A stretch of 53,765 nucleotides of DNA, filler included, from Sphacelaria rigidula (taxonomy: Eukaryota): assembly GCA_964200075.2 (NCBI GenBank). It is 3 parts of 3 records of this genome, joined end to end, with 100 filler letters (N's around TTAATTAATTAA, not from the genome) between each part and the next. Parts side by side here need not be neighbours in the genome. Positions count along the whole stretch, not along the records: positions 1 to 17,859 come from CAXNAA020000979.1; 2 more parts are not named here. One strand, given 5' to 3'. Shown here piece by piece: positions 1 to 12,400 of the stretch. The translations under genes were made by a program, and so were the position numbers. Position 1 is the first letter of the stretch. Every line of letters starts with the position of its first letter. A model generated the notes under the pieces. It was not told where the DNA came from. It searched no databases and saw only the letters and a list, made by a program, of their open reading frames with translations.

Positions 1-256
1 AATGAGGCGTTGTCCCCCCGCGCGCCCGCCCCGGGGGGCGCCCCCGGGGGGCCCGCCCCAGGGCCCGCCGGGGGGGGGGGGGGTTTGGGGCTCGCACAGC
101 GAGCGGACTTGCTGCGCTTGCCCGCTTGATGCGCTCGCCCGCTTGATGCGCTCGCCAGGGTCAGGATTCGCCGAAAATGATCGAAAATTACCGTTATCGA
201 ACGCTGAAAAAGTCGATATCGTATCGAAGTGTTACATGCTCCGATGTCGAACACTA
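1..256. mobile_element. Right end of a hAT-like DNA transposon
   Basis: Ends ...GATGTCGAACACTA (TAGTGTT-type terminus) after CGAT/ATCG-rich subterminal sequence and a GC-rich block; left end lies outside the window. Confidence 0.5.
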
Positions 257-401
257 AAACCCAGACAGGACGTATGAGGACTCTTGCAGATAGATAGCTC
301 AGGAGTTGCGAGTAATACTATGAACAATGTGGCCTGGTTCCCACCAACCGTTGCTCTGTAAGTATGACATCGCTGGCGTAGTGTACGGTGAGAAGCCCCC
401 C

Positions 402-3400
402 TCAGACTTCTCCAATGCTGGCTCCCCCAGAAAAGCGGTTCACCATGCAGTCAAATTTCGAAATACACTGCGTCGAAATCTTCCCAACATGAACAAACAC
501 ACGCGCGCGCAGAACTTCACCGGAGACGAGGCTCACATCATCGTCAGCATCTCGCGACTCCTCACACTCTTCTCCACCCGCACCCCTGACCTCCGCCGCC
601 CCCCCGCTCCCTGTCTCCTCTTCCCCTGCACTTGTTTCGTCATCTTCCTGATCGTCACCGGTTCCACCAACACCGACACCAGCGCCAGCGCCATCGATAC
701 CACCAGCACCATTAGCACGAGCACTATCAGAACCACCGATACCAGCATCAGCAGGAGCAGACATCACAACAGCCTTACCGGTGGTCGATGGAAGACCAAC
801 GTTCATTACGGACTCTCCCAGGCCATCTCTAACAACAAGATCCCGGTGCGCTCGCTCGCGCTGGGCTTGGTTGGGCATGTAGTAGTCCAAGAGAGCATCG
901 CAGATTGCAACGCCCGCTTCCTACAGGGTCGAGGGGGGGCGGAGGGGGGGGGGGGGGGTGAGGCCCTCTTGTGGGTACAATCAAGCTGAGGAATTCCCCC
1001 GGCATGATGTGGTGTGCAGCAGCCTGCTTTTCCGGTACTTCCGTGAGCAAACATCAGCTATTGACGACCCCGAAAGTTCAAGACGAGATCGCCGAAAAAG
1101 GTTTTCGAAATAAGTGCGTCCCCCTCCCCCTCCCCAACGCTCAATCTTGGACGACCGTAGTATGTATGAAGAAAAAAAGGTTTTCACGTCAAACAGTCAT
1201 GTATGGTATCGCTGTACATACAGTCTTCCTCTGCCCCATCTCGCCTGTAGATGGTCGGTGTTGAGATGGTGGTGTTTGAGGGGGCCAAAGTCGACACCGC
1301 AAAAAGTACTTTCCACCGTGTAGCTACTACCGATGCCAAGGTCCCGCGCCTGTGCATACAACCGCGCGCGGGGCGGGGGGAGGCAGCGACGATGGCATCT
1401 TGATGCATCGAAACGTCAGCGGGTGGTGCCGCCTTCAACGGCGCTGAAATGTTCGTACAGTTGAACCCGTACAAGGGTGGCGTGTCGACGGGGATAAAAA
1501 AAAAAAGCGCTATGATTTGCTTGTTTCATCGCACCCCACAGTGCCAGGCGCCACGTTTCTCTCACGGCGAGCCTGGGTTCAGAAGGTGACGAATTTCGTT
1601 TTATACATCCCAATGGCGCAGTCATGTGGATAGAGGCAACACCTTCCCAAGCACATACTACGCAAATACAATCAAGACGCAACAGGATTTATCTGATGAA
1701 GATCTATATTATTTCAAGGTATACACACTGGCTCGAAGCACAAGCGCCGACTCATACACCCGTGTTCGGCCCACGTCGTTGGACACAAAAAACACTTCGC
1801 TCTCCAAGGCTCTTACCCCTCGGGTCGACGTTTCGTATTGCGCGCACCATGATGCAGTACTGTATGCACCCGTGTTGGCACATAAATTCGCTCGTTATGA
1901 GTCCCCTGGTGTCTCACCACGACAACCCTAGCCGTCGATTCTCGTCCTTTTTTCACGGCAAATGAGCAGTCCTTGAACGACACGTACTTGCGCCCCAACC
2001 GATTCCAGCTGAGCAGTTTAGGGAAAACGCGCGCCGACGGGCAACTCACTCCTCGCCGCTTCTCGTCCGCTCCGTACATGAAGATGTTCATCTTGCGACT
2101 GGGCAGGGAATGTAGCAAGGTTTAGAGGATGGGGAAGCTGGCCCAAGCGGTAACCAACCGGTCATTCTCAACCTGTTGTAAGGAATATTTATGTCATTCT
2201 TTTGCTACGAAGTGCTATCACGCACCCTATCGTGTACTTTTACGGTGGAATTCCGGGCTACGCTGTATGCGGCGGTCGACGCGGAGGCGTTCTATGCGCC
2301 GCAATAACGTTCCCTCACATTCTGGGTATCCCCATTTCTACGGAGCATCTCTGCCAATTGGGTGACTATTTATAACACCGACCTAAGGCGGTGTCAATTA
2401 GAGCGGTGTACACACAGAGGCGAAGTGCCGCGATGAAGATTTCTGCAAATAATGAAGCGGGAAAGAAGGTGTCTGACATCCGCATTCCTGTCGCATACCT
2501 GTGTCCGTGTAAATCGATGTACATGGCCACTCCTTTCTTTCCCTGCTCTTGTCGGACCTGATGTTTGAGCAAGAAAACCGTCGGGTGCATTGTCCTCGAC
2601 GGTCGTTTCCATTGGCGATTGAGGTCCACGCCTGCCAGGCTTCCGGTAGTAGCACGCGTTGATTGTACCCCCCCAAGGAAGGGGGTGGGGGACAAGGGGG
2701 GGGGAGGACTCATGATCTTGCATGCCGTAGTCATGAGACCATTGATCTCGCATTCCTACAAAGCCGGGACGGAGCACGCCGGGGTTTCGTCGGACCAGGC
2801 TCGCAATCACCAAGCGCGAAGCGCCGTGATGTGTTCGGCGAGTCGCATGAAGGGTGAGCTGCATCCTGCTATGATTGCTCGGCTCGAAGCGTACTGATTA
2901 TCTTGCATATGGCTGACAACCTACAATAAGTTGCTTCACTGTTTGGTATCGCCCCTTCCAGAGATAGCCACAGGTTACACCGTCTCATGGGTGTCTCACT
3001 ATTTTAACTGGAGAACAGGTGAGGGGGAGTGTTAACGCTTTTGTGGTGGAAACGAGGCATGGGCGCCGGGGTGTGCAAGGTGATATTCATGCACGGGAGG
3101 ATGTTTTAGCGAGGGGATGTTCAGGGGATAGGGTTTAGGTGATACTTTCGTCGACGACACACAGCAGCCATCAAGGAGGGGCCGTCGTGGAGGCTTCCAG
3201 TGGAAAGCTGTCGGGATGCGTGCGCAAACGGAGGAATATAGTCCGTGTACAAACGCAAAATATATCATCTATAGTTAGCAACGCACGGCAACGAATATCT
3301 CCGTATAGTATGTAAGGTCGGTATCGACGTGCCTCTGAAACCTGAAGCAATGAATGCACACAGAGAGCAAACAAACAGCGAGAAACCCCGGACGCTGCGG

Positions 3401-6400
3401 GGCAAACGTGGACGGTATTATCGCGTCCCTCCTTCTGCGCGCTACAACCCAGATGCTCACCACACGCGCATCTCCCTTCTTCCTCATCCGAACCCCTTGG
3501 GAAAAGCATGGCTAAACTCACCTACATCGGTTGTTGCCAAATGCCACACCGTCCGGGTTAAGCATCGGCACAATCTTGAACACAAAGAGCGATCGGAGAA
3601 GCCTGGCCTCCGCAGTTTCCCCTGTCAAAAAGTCTAGCATCCCGCGCATCATCCAGCTCGCCGGAACTTCCCCTGGATGCACCCGCGCGCTGATCACAAC
3701 GCAGCGCTTCGTGCTGCTACTACCGTTGGTACTACCCCCAAATCGCCGACATATGGGGTTATTGTTGCTGGCGCCAGAACCCCCGCCACCCCCACCACCT
3801 CCTGTAGTTCGCTTGGCGCTACTTCCGACACCGCTAGCGCCGACAGTGGCGGTTCTATACATCCGGTCACCGCCGAAGTCTTCAATTCCGGCACGTCCGG
3901 GTGGGATTGGTCCATCAGCGTTCGCTGTCCCCGCTCCGAACAACATGGTCGCCGATGATGACGGAGGCCCGCCGATCATGCCCGCTTGAGCTGTTACTTC
4001 GTCCCACATGCTTCGTAATGGCGTAGCTGTTGCCTCCGCCTTCCCCGCCGTCGCACCAACGGCCTGATCATGCGACGGCGGTTGCGATGTTGTCGGTTGG
4101 TTCCTGATCGTGGCGGTGATGGGGGTGTCCTGGAAATCCGTCACGGTGAGAAGGTCACACTCGTTGCCGCCTAACGTCTGGCACAACACCGTGTGGTGTA
4201 TATACCTAAAGAGGGATGTTGAGAGGCGGTTGAGGGCGCATATACATATAAATATATATATATACATCGGCATGGAGGAGGGCGGAAGGAGGCGGGTGAC
4301 TGGGAGGAGGGTGCGGCACATCGTTTGGCCGTTGCACAGCGTTTCGTTTGTAGGGCGTATCACGGGACAGTTGCAGCAAACTTCTTCGCACTCCTACAGT
4401 GAATCGCGTTGCTTTGCAAGGGATAGCAATCATGTTGGTAAGAGCTGGAGCCGTTTGGGAACGCGCTGTCCTCTTTCTCCACCTCGAACCCGCCCTCTTT
4501 TTTTTTCCTTGATGTTGATTTCGATTGATCTTCCCTAGGTTTTGAGGTAGCCGAAAACGCGCAAAATACCTCTTGTCATGCACACTTTGCGTCACAACTT
4601 CATTCAGCGCCAGAATGTTGGAGGTGCCTCTATTAGGAGTAGGAACGGTGCTCCGTCTCGAAAGAGATGCGTGGTCAATGGTCAAACGACTAAGGCAAGC
4701 AACAAATGAGTACGCCCCCCCCCGCGCCCCCTGCGCTCCCTGCGCGCTATTGCAGCCCGGAAAAGCCCACGCGCTCTACTTACCTTGCTGTTTTTTCGTC
4801 CGCAAGCAAGCTGTGAAGATGTCGCTTGTGGTCGGAGTACGAGTAGGGGTGCGCATGGGCTAGTCGATACGTATCGCCCGGGTTGGGAAAAGTGACGTAC
4901 AACGAGAGGGTGTAGAAGCTTGCCTGGGATCCATCCGGCTTGTACCAGGAGTAGCCGTTACTGCGACGTGGGGAAAGCGGTGGCGGATCATCATGTGCTT
5001 TTCCCCGTTTTGTTGGTCGACCATAACCGCATATACAATCAGGGGTGTACTCATGATCATGCATGCCATAGTCATCAGACCATTGACCTCGCATCCCTAC
5101 AAAGCCNNNNNNNNNNTCTCACTCAATCACCGTGCGCTGAACACCGTTGTGTGTTCTGCGAGTTGCATGAAGGGTGAGCTGCATTCTGCTACGATTGTTC
5201 GGCCCAAAGCCTATTGGTTTATCTTGCATTCGGATGATAGCCTACCATGAGTCGCGTTATTTTCTGGTATCGCCACTTCCAGGGACAGCCACGGCTTATA
5301 CACTGCCTCATGGGTGTTTCACCTTGTAAACACTACGTAGTACGATCATCCCTATTGTGCGGAATTGAGGTTCTCCCACCCCGCACAACATGATCTAGCT
5401 CGACTGCCATCGTGATTACCGCAAAACAAAACGCAAGCGCGCAAAACATACCGGTAACCTGGTTGCCTAGCTTACGCAGTGAGTGGCGTGTTAATAGCGT
5501 CATCGCCACCCGACGCCAACCCCATCGGGGGTACATACATATACAATTAGGGAGGAAGGATAGGTACAGTTGTACGTAGTTAGGTTCGTCCGTGCCTAGC
5601 CCGCCGAGTGTTGCTGCAAGCGCTCCACTACTCCGTGCGTGTTCCACATGGCAGAACCACTAATGCTTTGGCGTACTTCCTCGATCGAAGAACCATTTGT
5701 AGCCCAAATGCTGGCTGCCAGTCGTATATCGACGTGCCATTTTGATGCTCAAATGCCGTTCTGAAGCAGAGTTCGGCGCATGTAATATGTTACGCACGGT
5801 CACTTCAATCGCGCCGTCACTACTGCCGCACCTGCGATAATCGATGCCGTGTCCACAGCGTCGCCACCCGAGCCCCTTGCTCGCCGCGTCGCGATGCGAA
5901 TAAAGCACTGGGCGCATGCCCATCGCAAAAAGACTGTCCGGCTTGGTGAGGTTTACCACGTTAAACCGGACCACGGCATCACCGACCACGCCTGCGCACA
6001 CCAGATGATATTAATACATTGTGAAAACAACGAGAGAATACAACAACCATACGAAGGCATGTGAGAAAAAACTCAATCGGCGTCGACCAAAACAACGGGG
6101 AAAACGTAGACGGACTTAGGCCCAATAAAAAGTTTTTACGCTCAAAAGTGAATCTTCCCGTCATTGACATCTTCGCTTCACCGGCCACGCGACGACCAAG
6201 TTACACAGGTACGCGGAAATAGCGGCAGATCCAGGGATTCGATCATGATGCTTGTTCCCCACGTCCACGTACCGGGTAGAAGCTATGGAGGATGCTCACC
6301 TGGAGGATGGGTGCCTCGGACTGCGAAGTAGAACCACTGAGTATGTCCATGCGTGTGTAGGTCTGGTCGGAGAAAGAGATCGTATTCCGCCGGTCCTCGC

Positions 6401-9400
6401 TGCCGAGCGCGTCCACGTTCGTTTTTGCGTTGAATTGGCACAGGGTTGGACGGGTTGTTGGAGGTGCGAAGGACAGGGAGATGCACCAACGGACGGCAAC
6501 ATGTTCTACCTGTGAAGGGTTCAACAGAAATGATGCCAACACCTTTCCATTTTTATGTCTAATCAAAAGACGCACCAAGTTAGTTAAAAGTGCAGATTTA
6601 GCAGCAACAGAAAATCCATGTGATTTCTCGCGTGAACAGCATCGGCACTCAAGCACCGTGCCCCACCACCCTTCCGCGGGCACGTGACTATTCAGATTGG
6701 TACATTGCGAATCACTGTCAGCGGTCTTCTACGGCCGCACGCACGGGCGAGACTACACCGCTACATGTCATCACTTCTCCCAACAGGTTGACAATCCTCA
6801 AACACAATACGCACGCGCGCGCGCACGAATACACACACCTGCACCGCCCTTAGTAAGTTTGCGCTCTCGAACGCGGAGTAAAACTCCATGCTGTGTGCAT
6901 GAGGGCAGACCGCTCCGGGGCTCGCGTGCCCCAACCAGTACGGGTCTGGCGCGTTCACCCGGCTGATCACTCCTTTCCCGGCGGCCGAGGGGCCTTCATA
7001 AACGAGCCACAGTCGATCATCTCCATTCCCGCCCATTGTTGTCGCCGCAGTAGCAGCTGTTGCCGCTGCACCAGGTCCCCCCGCGAATCTCGACGATGTC
7101 GTTCCATGCCCGACAGAGAAGAGAGAGCCGTTTGCAACGCCCGCTCCGGTAGTCACCGGGGCTCGTGCCGCCGCACTGGAAGATGAAGCAACGGTTGCCA
7201 ATGCGGTGGCTACAGAGGCGGGTGTGGTAGCAGCGGAAGGTGACCCTGAAGACCACGGTGTTATGATGGGCTCCAGGTCTAGCGGACTGGACATCACGAG
7301 GCCGGCCCCGCCCGCCCCGGCTTCGTCCCAAAATGCGCCGGAGTCAGCGTCGTGGATATCGCTGGCAGCAGTTCCGTTGCTGTTACCGTCACTGCTCAAT
7401 GTTGTGCCATCGCCACCGCTGCTGCTGCCGCCACCGCTGCCGCTACCACTGCCCCCTGACATCTTGCTGCTGTTCTGGCGCCGCTGTGGCACTGAATGGG
7501 ATCCACGCTCCCCACCGCTCATGTCTGACGATTGCGCGGCGGTCCCGCCATCGCCATTTTTGTGCCCCCCATCGGAGAGTGAGACCGCGACCGCCGCGGC
7601 CGATCCGACGGCAGCGGCGGCCGCGGTCTCGACTTCTTGTTCTTCGAGCGGTGGCGCCTCTGGGGGCTTGGGGGGAAGGAAGGTACGAATCAGGGCTTCC
7701 ACGGCCTGCGGATCATGAAAAGTTTGACATGATGGGCGCCGTATATTCAAGAATTCTTCAAGGTCGGTGAAGTGTGTGACTTGGTCAGCAACGTCAGATG
7801 CCAGTGCTTTCTTTGGCTATGAAATACAGCTTGCCTGGAGTTTTTGCGGATCTTGTATCTCCCCTATGTCCAGGACAACATAGCGTCATGCCACTGGTCG
7901 TTTGGAACGTTTCAGGTTAGCCAGAGGAAGTCTCACCTCCCTGCTAGATCCTGGTTGTTGTGCATCTCTGAGACTCTCCAACACCTCCGAAACGCTCGTG
8001 TCGAACAGTTCCAACGCCACCGTTTCGCTTAAGGATATCGCATCCCCAAACCTGCCGAAACCTAGCTCTGCAAAGCCCCGGTACATCAGTCTGCTCGGCC
8101 GCGATTGCCGGTAGATGTGGGGTCAGCTATGGCGAGTGGGGTGGTTATTGAAACCGGTGGGTTCACCAGCTGGCGGTCACCCCCAACCGTGTTCATCGTG
8201 GAGTACCCACATGGGCTAGAAGCAAGGCATACCTTTCCTAGAAATCCAAACTTTGCGAGTAGGTGGGTTATTTGCTTTTGCATTGAGAAGAATCTAGCAT
8301 CACGTGTGCTTCACATGCCAATTCGAGCAAAATATATGGTAATATAAGTCGCCCAATACCTCTCTTGCTTCGCTCTCCTATGATCCTCGGCGTGCCGGCT
8401 TCATTCATAGCCAAGGAACTGGGTCTTGCGTAATCTAGCAAAGTACTCACTGCCTCGGCATCGCCTCCGCGTCCACGTGGAACCATTCTATTCGGGTCAA
8501 GTGAATCCGACATTAAATACCTGCAGAGTCGCACAACCGCTTCCGCCAGCGGAGCATTGAAAGGCGTCTCTGTCGTTATACATTCCGGCGCCGTGGTCTG
8601 CGACGCCTGCAAGCTTGCCGAACCGGCGGTATCGCCGTTACCAACACCACCGCTTCCGCCAACACCGCCGCTGGCGCTGCCACCAGGACCAGCACCTCGC
8701 CGATCTCCTCCTTCCGTCGATACCGTAGACCTTCCCAGCGGAACCGCCTCAGCCCACACGAGACCGGCCTTCAGGGCCTCCCTCGTCCCGAGTTGCATTT
8801 TTCCTCTGGCGGCTGCCGCCGCAATGTGTTCTTTTTGTCGTGGCCCGGCGCCGGCAGTCCGTCCCTGCACCACCGAACGTCTGGCACGTGGTGGGGACCG
8901 CTCGTTCTTGGAGACAGAATTGAGTCCAATGTCGTTCACACGCGGAGATAACCTTGCCACTGAATCCTGCGTAGCAAGAGATACCGGCGACGAAGCGGTG
9001 TTTCCTTTCACTGACATTGATGGCGACGGCGCCCCTGCGCTTGCTCCCGCTACCGCCGCCGCTGTGGACGCCGTCCCGAGATATGAAGGTCGCCAGCCCC
9101 CACCCCCGCTACGCGCCCCCACCTGCTCCGACCCAGCGTCGCACGCCTGCGCCCACTCCCTGACACACGCCTCCAGGCCGAGAAATATCAAGCCTGTCAA
9201 GATAACGTCGCAGCGTCTCGCCCGGAGCATGGCGCACAGCGCTTGCATACTCGCATTCCAGCTGCCCACGTCCCCTGGACTGCTCCCAGATCCTGAGGAT
9301 GATCCTTCCCCAGCAGCGGTGGCACCAACTCCAGACACTCCCCTTCCGGCTGCTGCGGCTCTCCTGGGGGATGCGTTACGAGTACTTGTTGTTTCCCCCG

Positions 9401-12400
9401 CCGTTCCCACTGATGAACTTGTCGAAGACTTGGAGCCTTGCCCTCGAAGCCCAGTTTCTAGCGTCGCGCCACCCCGTATGTTCTGCAGCGGAGCGTAGGC
9501 GAATTGCAATGCACACGAGGTCGCTCCACTGAGCAACAGTGGCTGTGAGGATTGTCGTGGAGCGGGGCGTTGCCTGAGACTGCTGTTGGCCGTTGTGATG
9601 CTGTTGCTGAGTGCGGGGCCGAGCGCCGAAAGTTTGTAGTTTGCTACCTCACCGGCACCGGTCGCACACGCTGCACCGCTGTAGCCACTGCCACTCGTAC
9701 TGTCCTCGAGATAGCCCTGAACCAATATGACGTGGGTGCGAGGTGAACTGGATGCGAAATTACCGACAAACTCTGCATGTTCTCGAAGGAAAGACGGGGG
9801 CAAACAGAAGAGCTCGACGGACACGATGACCCGGCTAACCGCCGCTAGGACCCTATGATATTCTACGAGAACGCCTAGCCCGTCGAATCGTCAATTGGGA
9901 ACGTGCTCGAAGATCTCACTGATTGATGACGTCAACCTTATTGTTCTCTCGGCTTGACGAACACCTAAATTGGACAAATCTACCGACGATTGCTCATAGT
10001 GCGGGTACTTTCCCGTTTCGTGCAATATCGTCTGCTGGAACAAGGAAGAATCATCGGCCACAAGTGCTACTGTACCTTGTAACCCCACGTAGATACGCTG
10101 CCCCGTGCTGCCCATCCGTTTGCGTGTGCCGCAGCAAGAAGTGCACCTGCCACCGAGACGGCAGAGTCTGTGATCCCCCTGCTGGTACTGTGAAGCGCCA
10201 GACATTGGAGAATGGTCGGTAATGCGGCAGCTTCGGCTATCAGCGCTTGCACCTGTACAGAAAGTGGAAGTAGAGTCAGTTGCCGCCTGCGTTACAGCAG
10301 CTCGGGGTCGTGGATTGTATAATTTTGTCTGATAAATTCGTCTACAAAAATCAAGTCACTACAGCAGTATAAGAACTCCGCTACTGCCCGCGCAACGAAA
10401 GAACGCCCTCTCACATGTTTATCGCATAACATTCCGCAGCACCGATGCACAGATAATCGTGAGACTCGAGTCATGGTATATTGCACTAAAGTTGCGAATA
10501 CCGAACTAGGACCGGACGAAATTGGGTCCTACTGCACTCACCACAGGACGTATGCACACCAGGTTAGCCACCGAGCGCATGGCAGCGCGAACAATGTCCT
10601 TGCGTCGCATGTGGGCCTGCAGTACTAAAACCAATGCGCGTATCTACGCGGAAGCAGCCATAGAGAAAACAAACAAAGGGGCATTTCAGACCCAGTTCAA
10701 CAAGAGTACAGCACTGTTGTCGCCGTTTGTCCCTACATCGTGGTCGATTGATCACATTCAAGCCCAGTGACTCCGAAGCTTCACCCTCTTTTGTATGGAG
10801 TTCTTCCAACATATGTGACATGTCGTGCGCTACCACCGATCTCCTCCACTTCCGGCGGGACGTTTCCGTACCAGCAACTAGATGCTGGCAGAGCATCTAA
10901 GAAGGCGATAAAAATCGACATGTATACGTATGTATATTATATAGATATATATATATATCTGCCCATGGCAAGGTCAAGCTGCACATAGCTCCCACAGTAC
11001 AAATGCCCTCCGTTACGGACAACTGTACGAAGCCTGCAATCGTACCCCCGTTTGTCTGCTCGCGGTAACCCATTTTGACTCCCTTTGTCAGAACAATGAC
11101 ACAGTAAGAGCAAAACAAGAAGCAAGCAAGTGCCATTGAACGTCGGGCATTGAAAAACGCGTACCGAGCCAGTGCTAAAAAGCTCTCGGTCCACAATGCC
11201 CGAGCACTCCATCCCCTGCGGTCCTACCATCGCCCCCGCTCCGCTAGTACCGGCGACACTTCTGCCGCTTGCACCTCCCGCCACCACAGAAGATCCCGGC
11301 ATGGAACCGCGTACAGACGAAAAGCCGCCAACGCCACCCCCCCTGCCTGTTCCACCGTTTGAAGGCAGTGGGTACGTTGGTGGCAATCCACTGAAGTGGC
11401 GGACAACCTTCTCACAGTCGTGGTATTGCAGGTGGGCATTCATCGGTATGCAAAAATCGTTGGGGATGTAGTTAACAGCAGCACGCTCGGCTTGAATAAA
11501 TGGTGGTTGAATGTGTATACCCGCACGTTATTCCACGTCGTAGTGAAAAAAAAGGGCCACGAGCGCAGGATGGAAACCTGCGCATAGCACATCAATCATA
11601 CTTGCGCTTTTCGGACAAATGAGCCAGTCGGTCGAGCTGCGCTGCAAGCGAAGCTCCGACACAGAGTAGGGTTTCCCTCTGAGGAATTTTTGTCAACCTT
11701 TCCCCCCCCATCAGCTTGTCTAGCCCTTGAAGCAGCTGAGCACTTACTTCTCGGTGTACTTTTGCCAGCTGCATCCTCTGTGCGCTACCCGCACTCCCCA
11801 TCAATGGTGCCCCGTCTGGGTAGGGATGGGTGGTAAATAGTCAAACGGCTAAGGCAATCAACAAACGAGTACAACTCCCCCTCCCCCCACCCCCCCGAAC
11901 GCCACTCTCTCGAAGGATGACTGCATCGCAACCCTCTATTATAGCGCGTCCGCCTACCTCATCCTCCACGCCTCCTCGCATGACGTCAGCGTGCGTGATG
12001 AGATACAATATGTGAACCGTCGCCGCCACTGTTTCCTCCTCTCCAGCGTGTTCCCTCAACATCCCCAACATGATAACCACCCCCCCGTGAAACGCGATAT
12101 CTCGGGCCACGTTTGCCTCTTGCAACATCCTTAAGAGTACGATAGCCGCGATGCGGTGCAGATGTAGGAAGCGAACGTGCGCGCGTAACGCTGGCAGTAG
12201 CACCTACAGCCGGGAAGGGGGTGGGAGATACGGGATGGATTAGGGGCAGAGGGCTGTGTATTGAAAACAATATATGTTGGCAAATATCAATATCGTACTT
12301 CCTCGGTATCTATAAGGTGCAGATTGGCCGATCGGCCCGGTGGTTCAGTCCGTAACCTCGTAACCCTCTGACAAATGGGTCGTGGGTTCGAATCTCGGTG

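Noticed and set aside
8557..9498. Long plus-strand ORFs (313 aa here; also 7206-7718, 3531-3989 and 327-989)
   Set aside because: Antisense shadows of GC-rich CCP exons with no recognisable motifs.
11592..11815. Additional CCP exon
   Set aside because: No phase-consistent connection to the neighbouring exons could be found; unresolved without RNA data.
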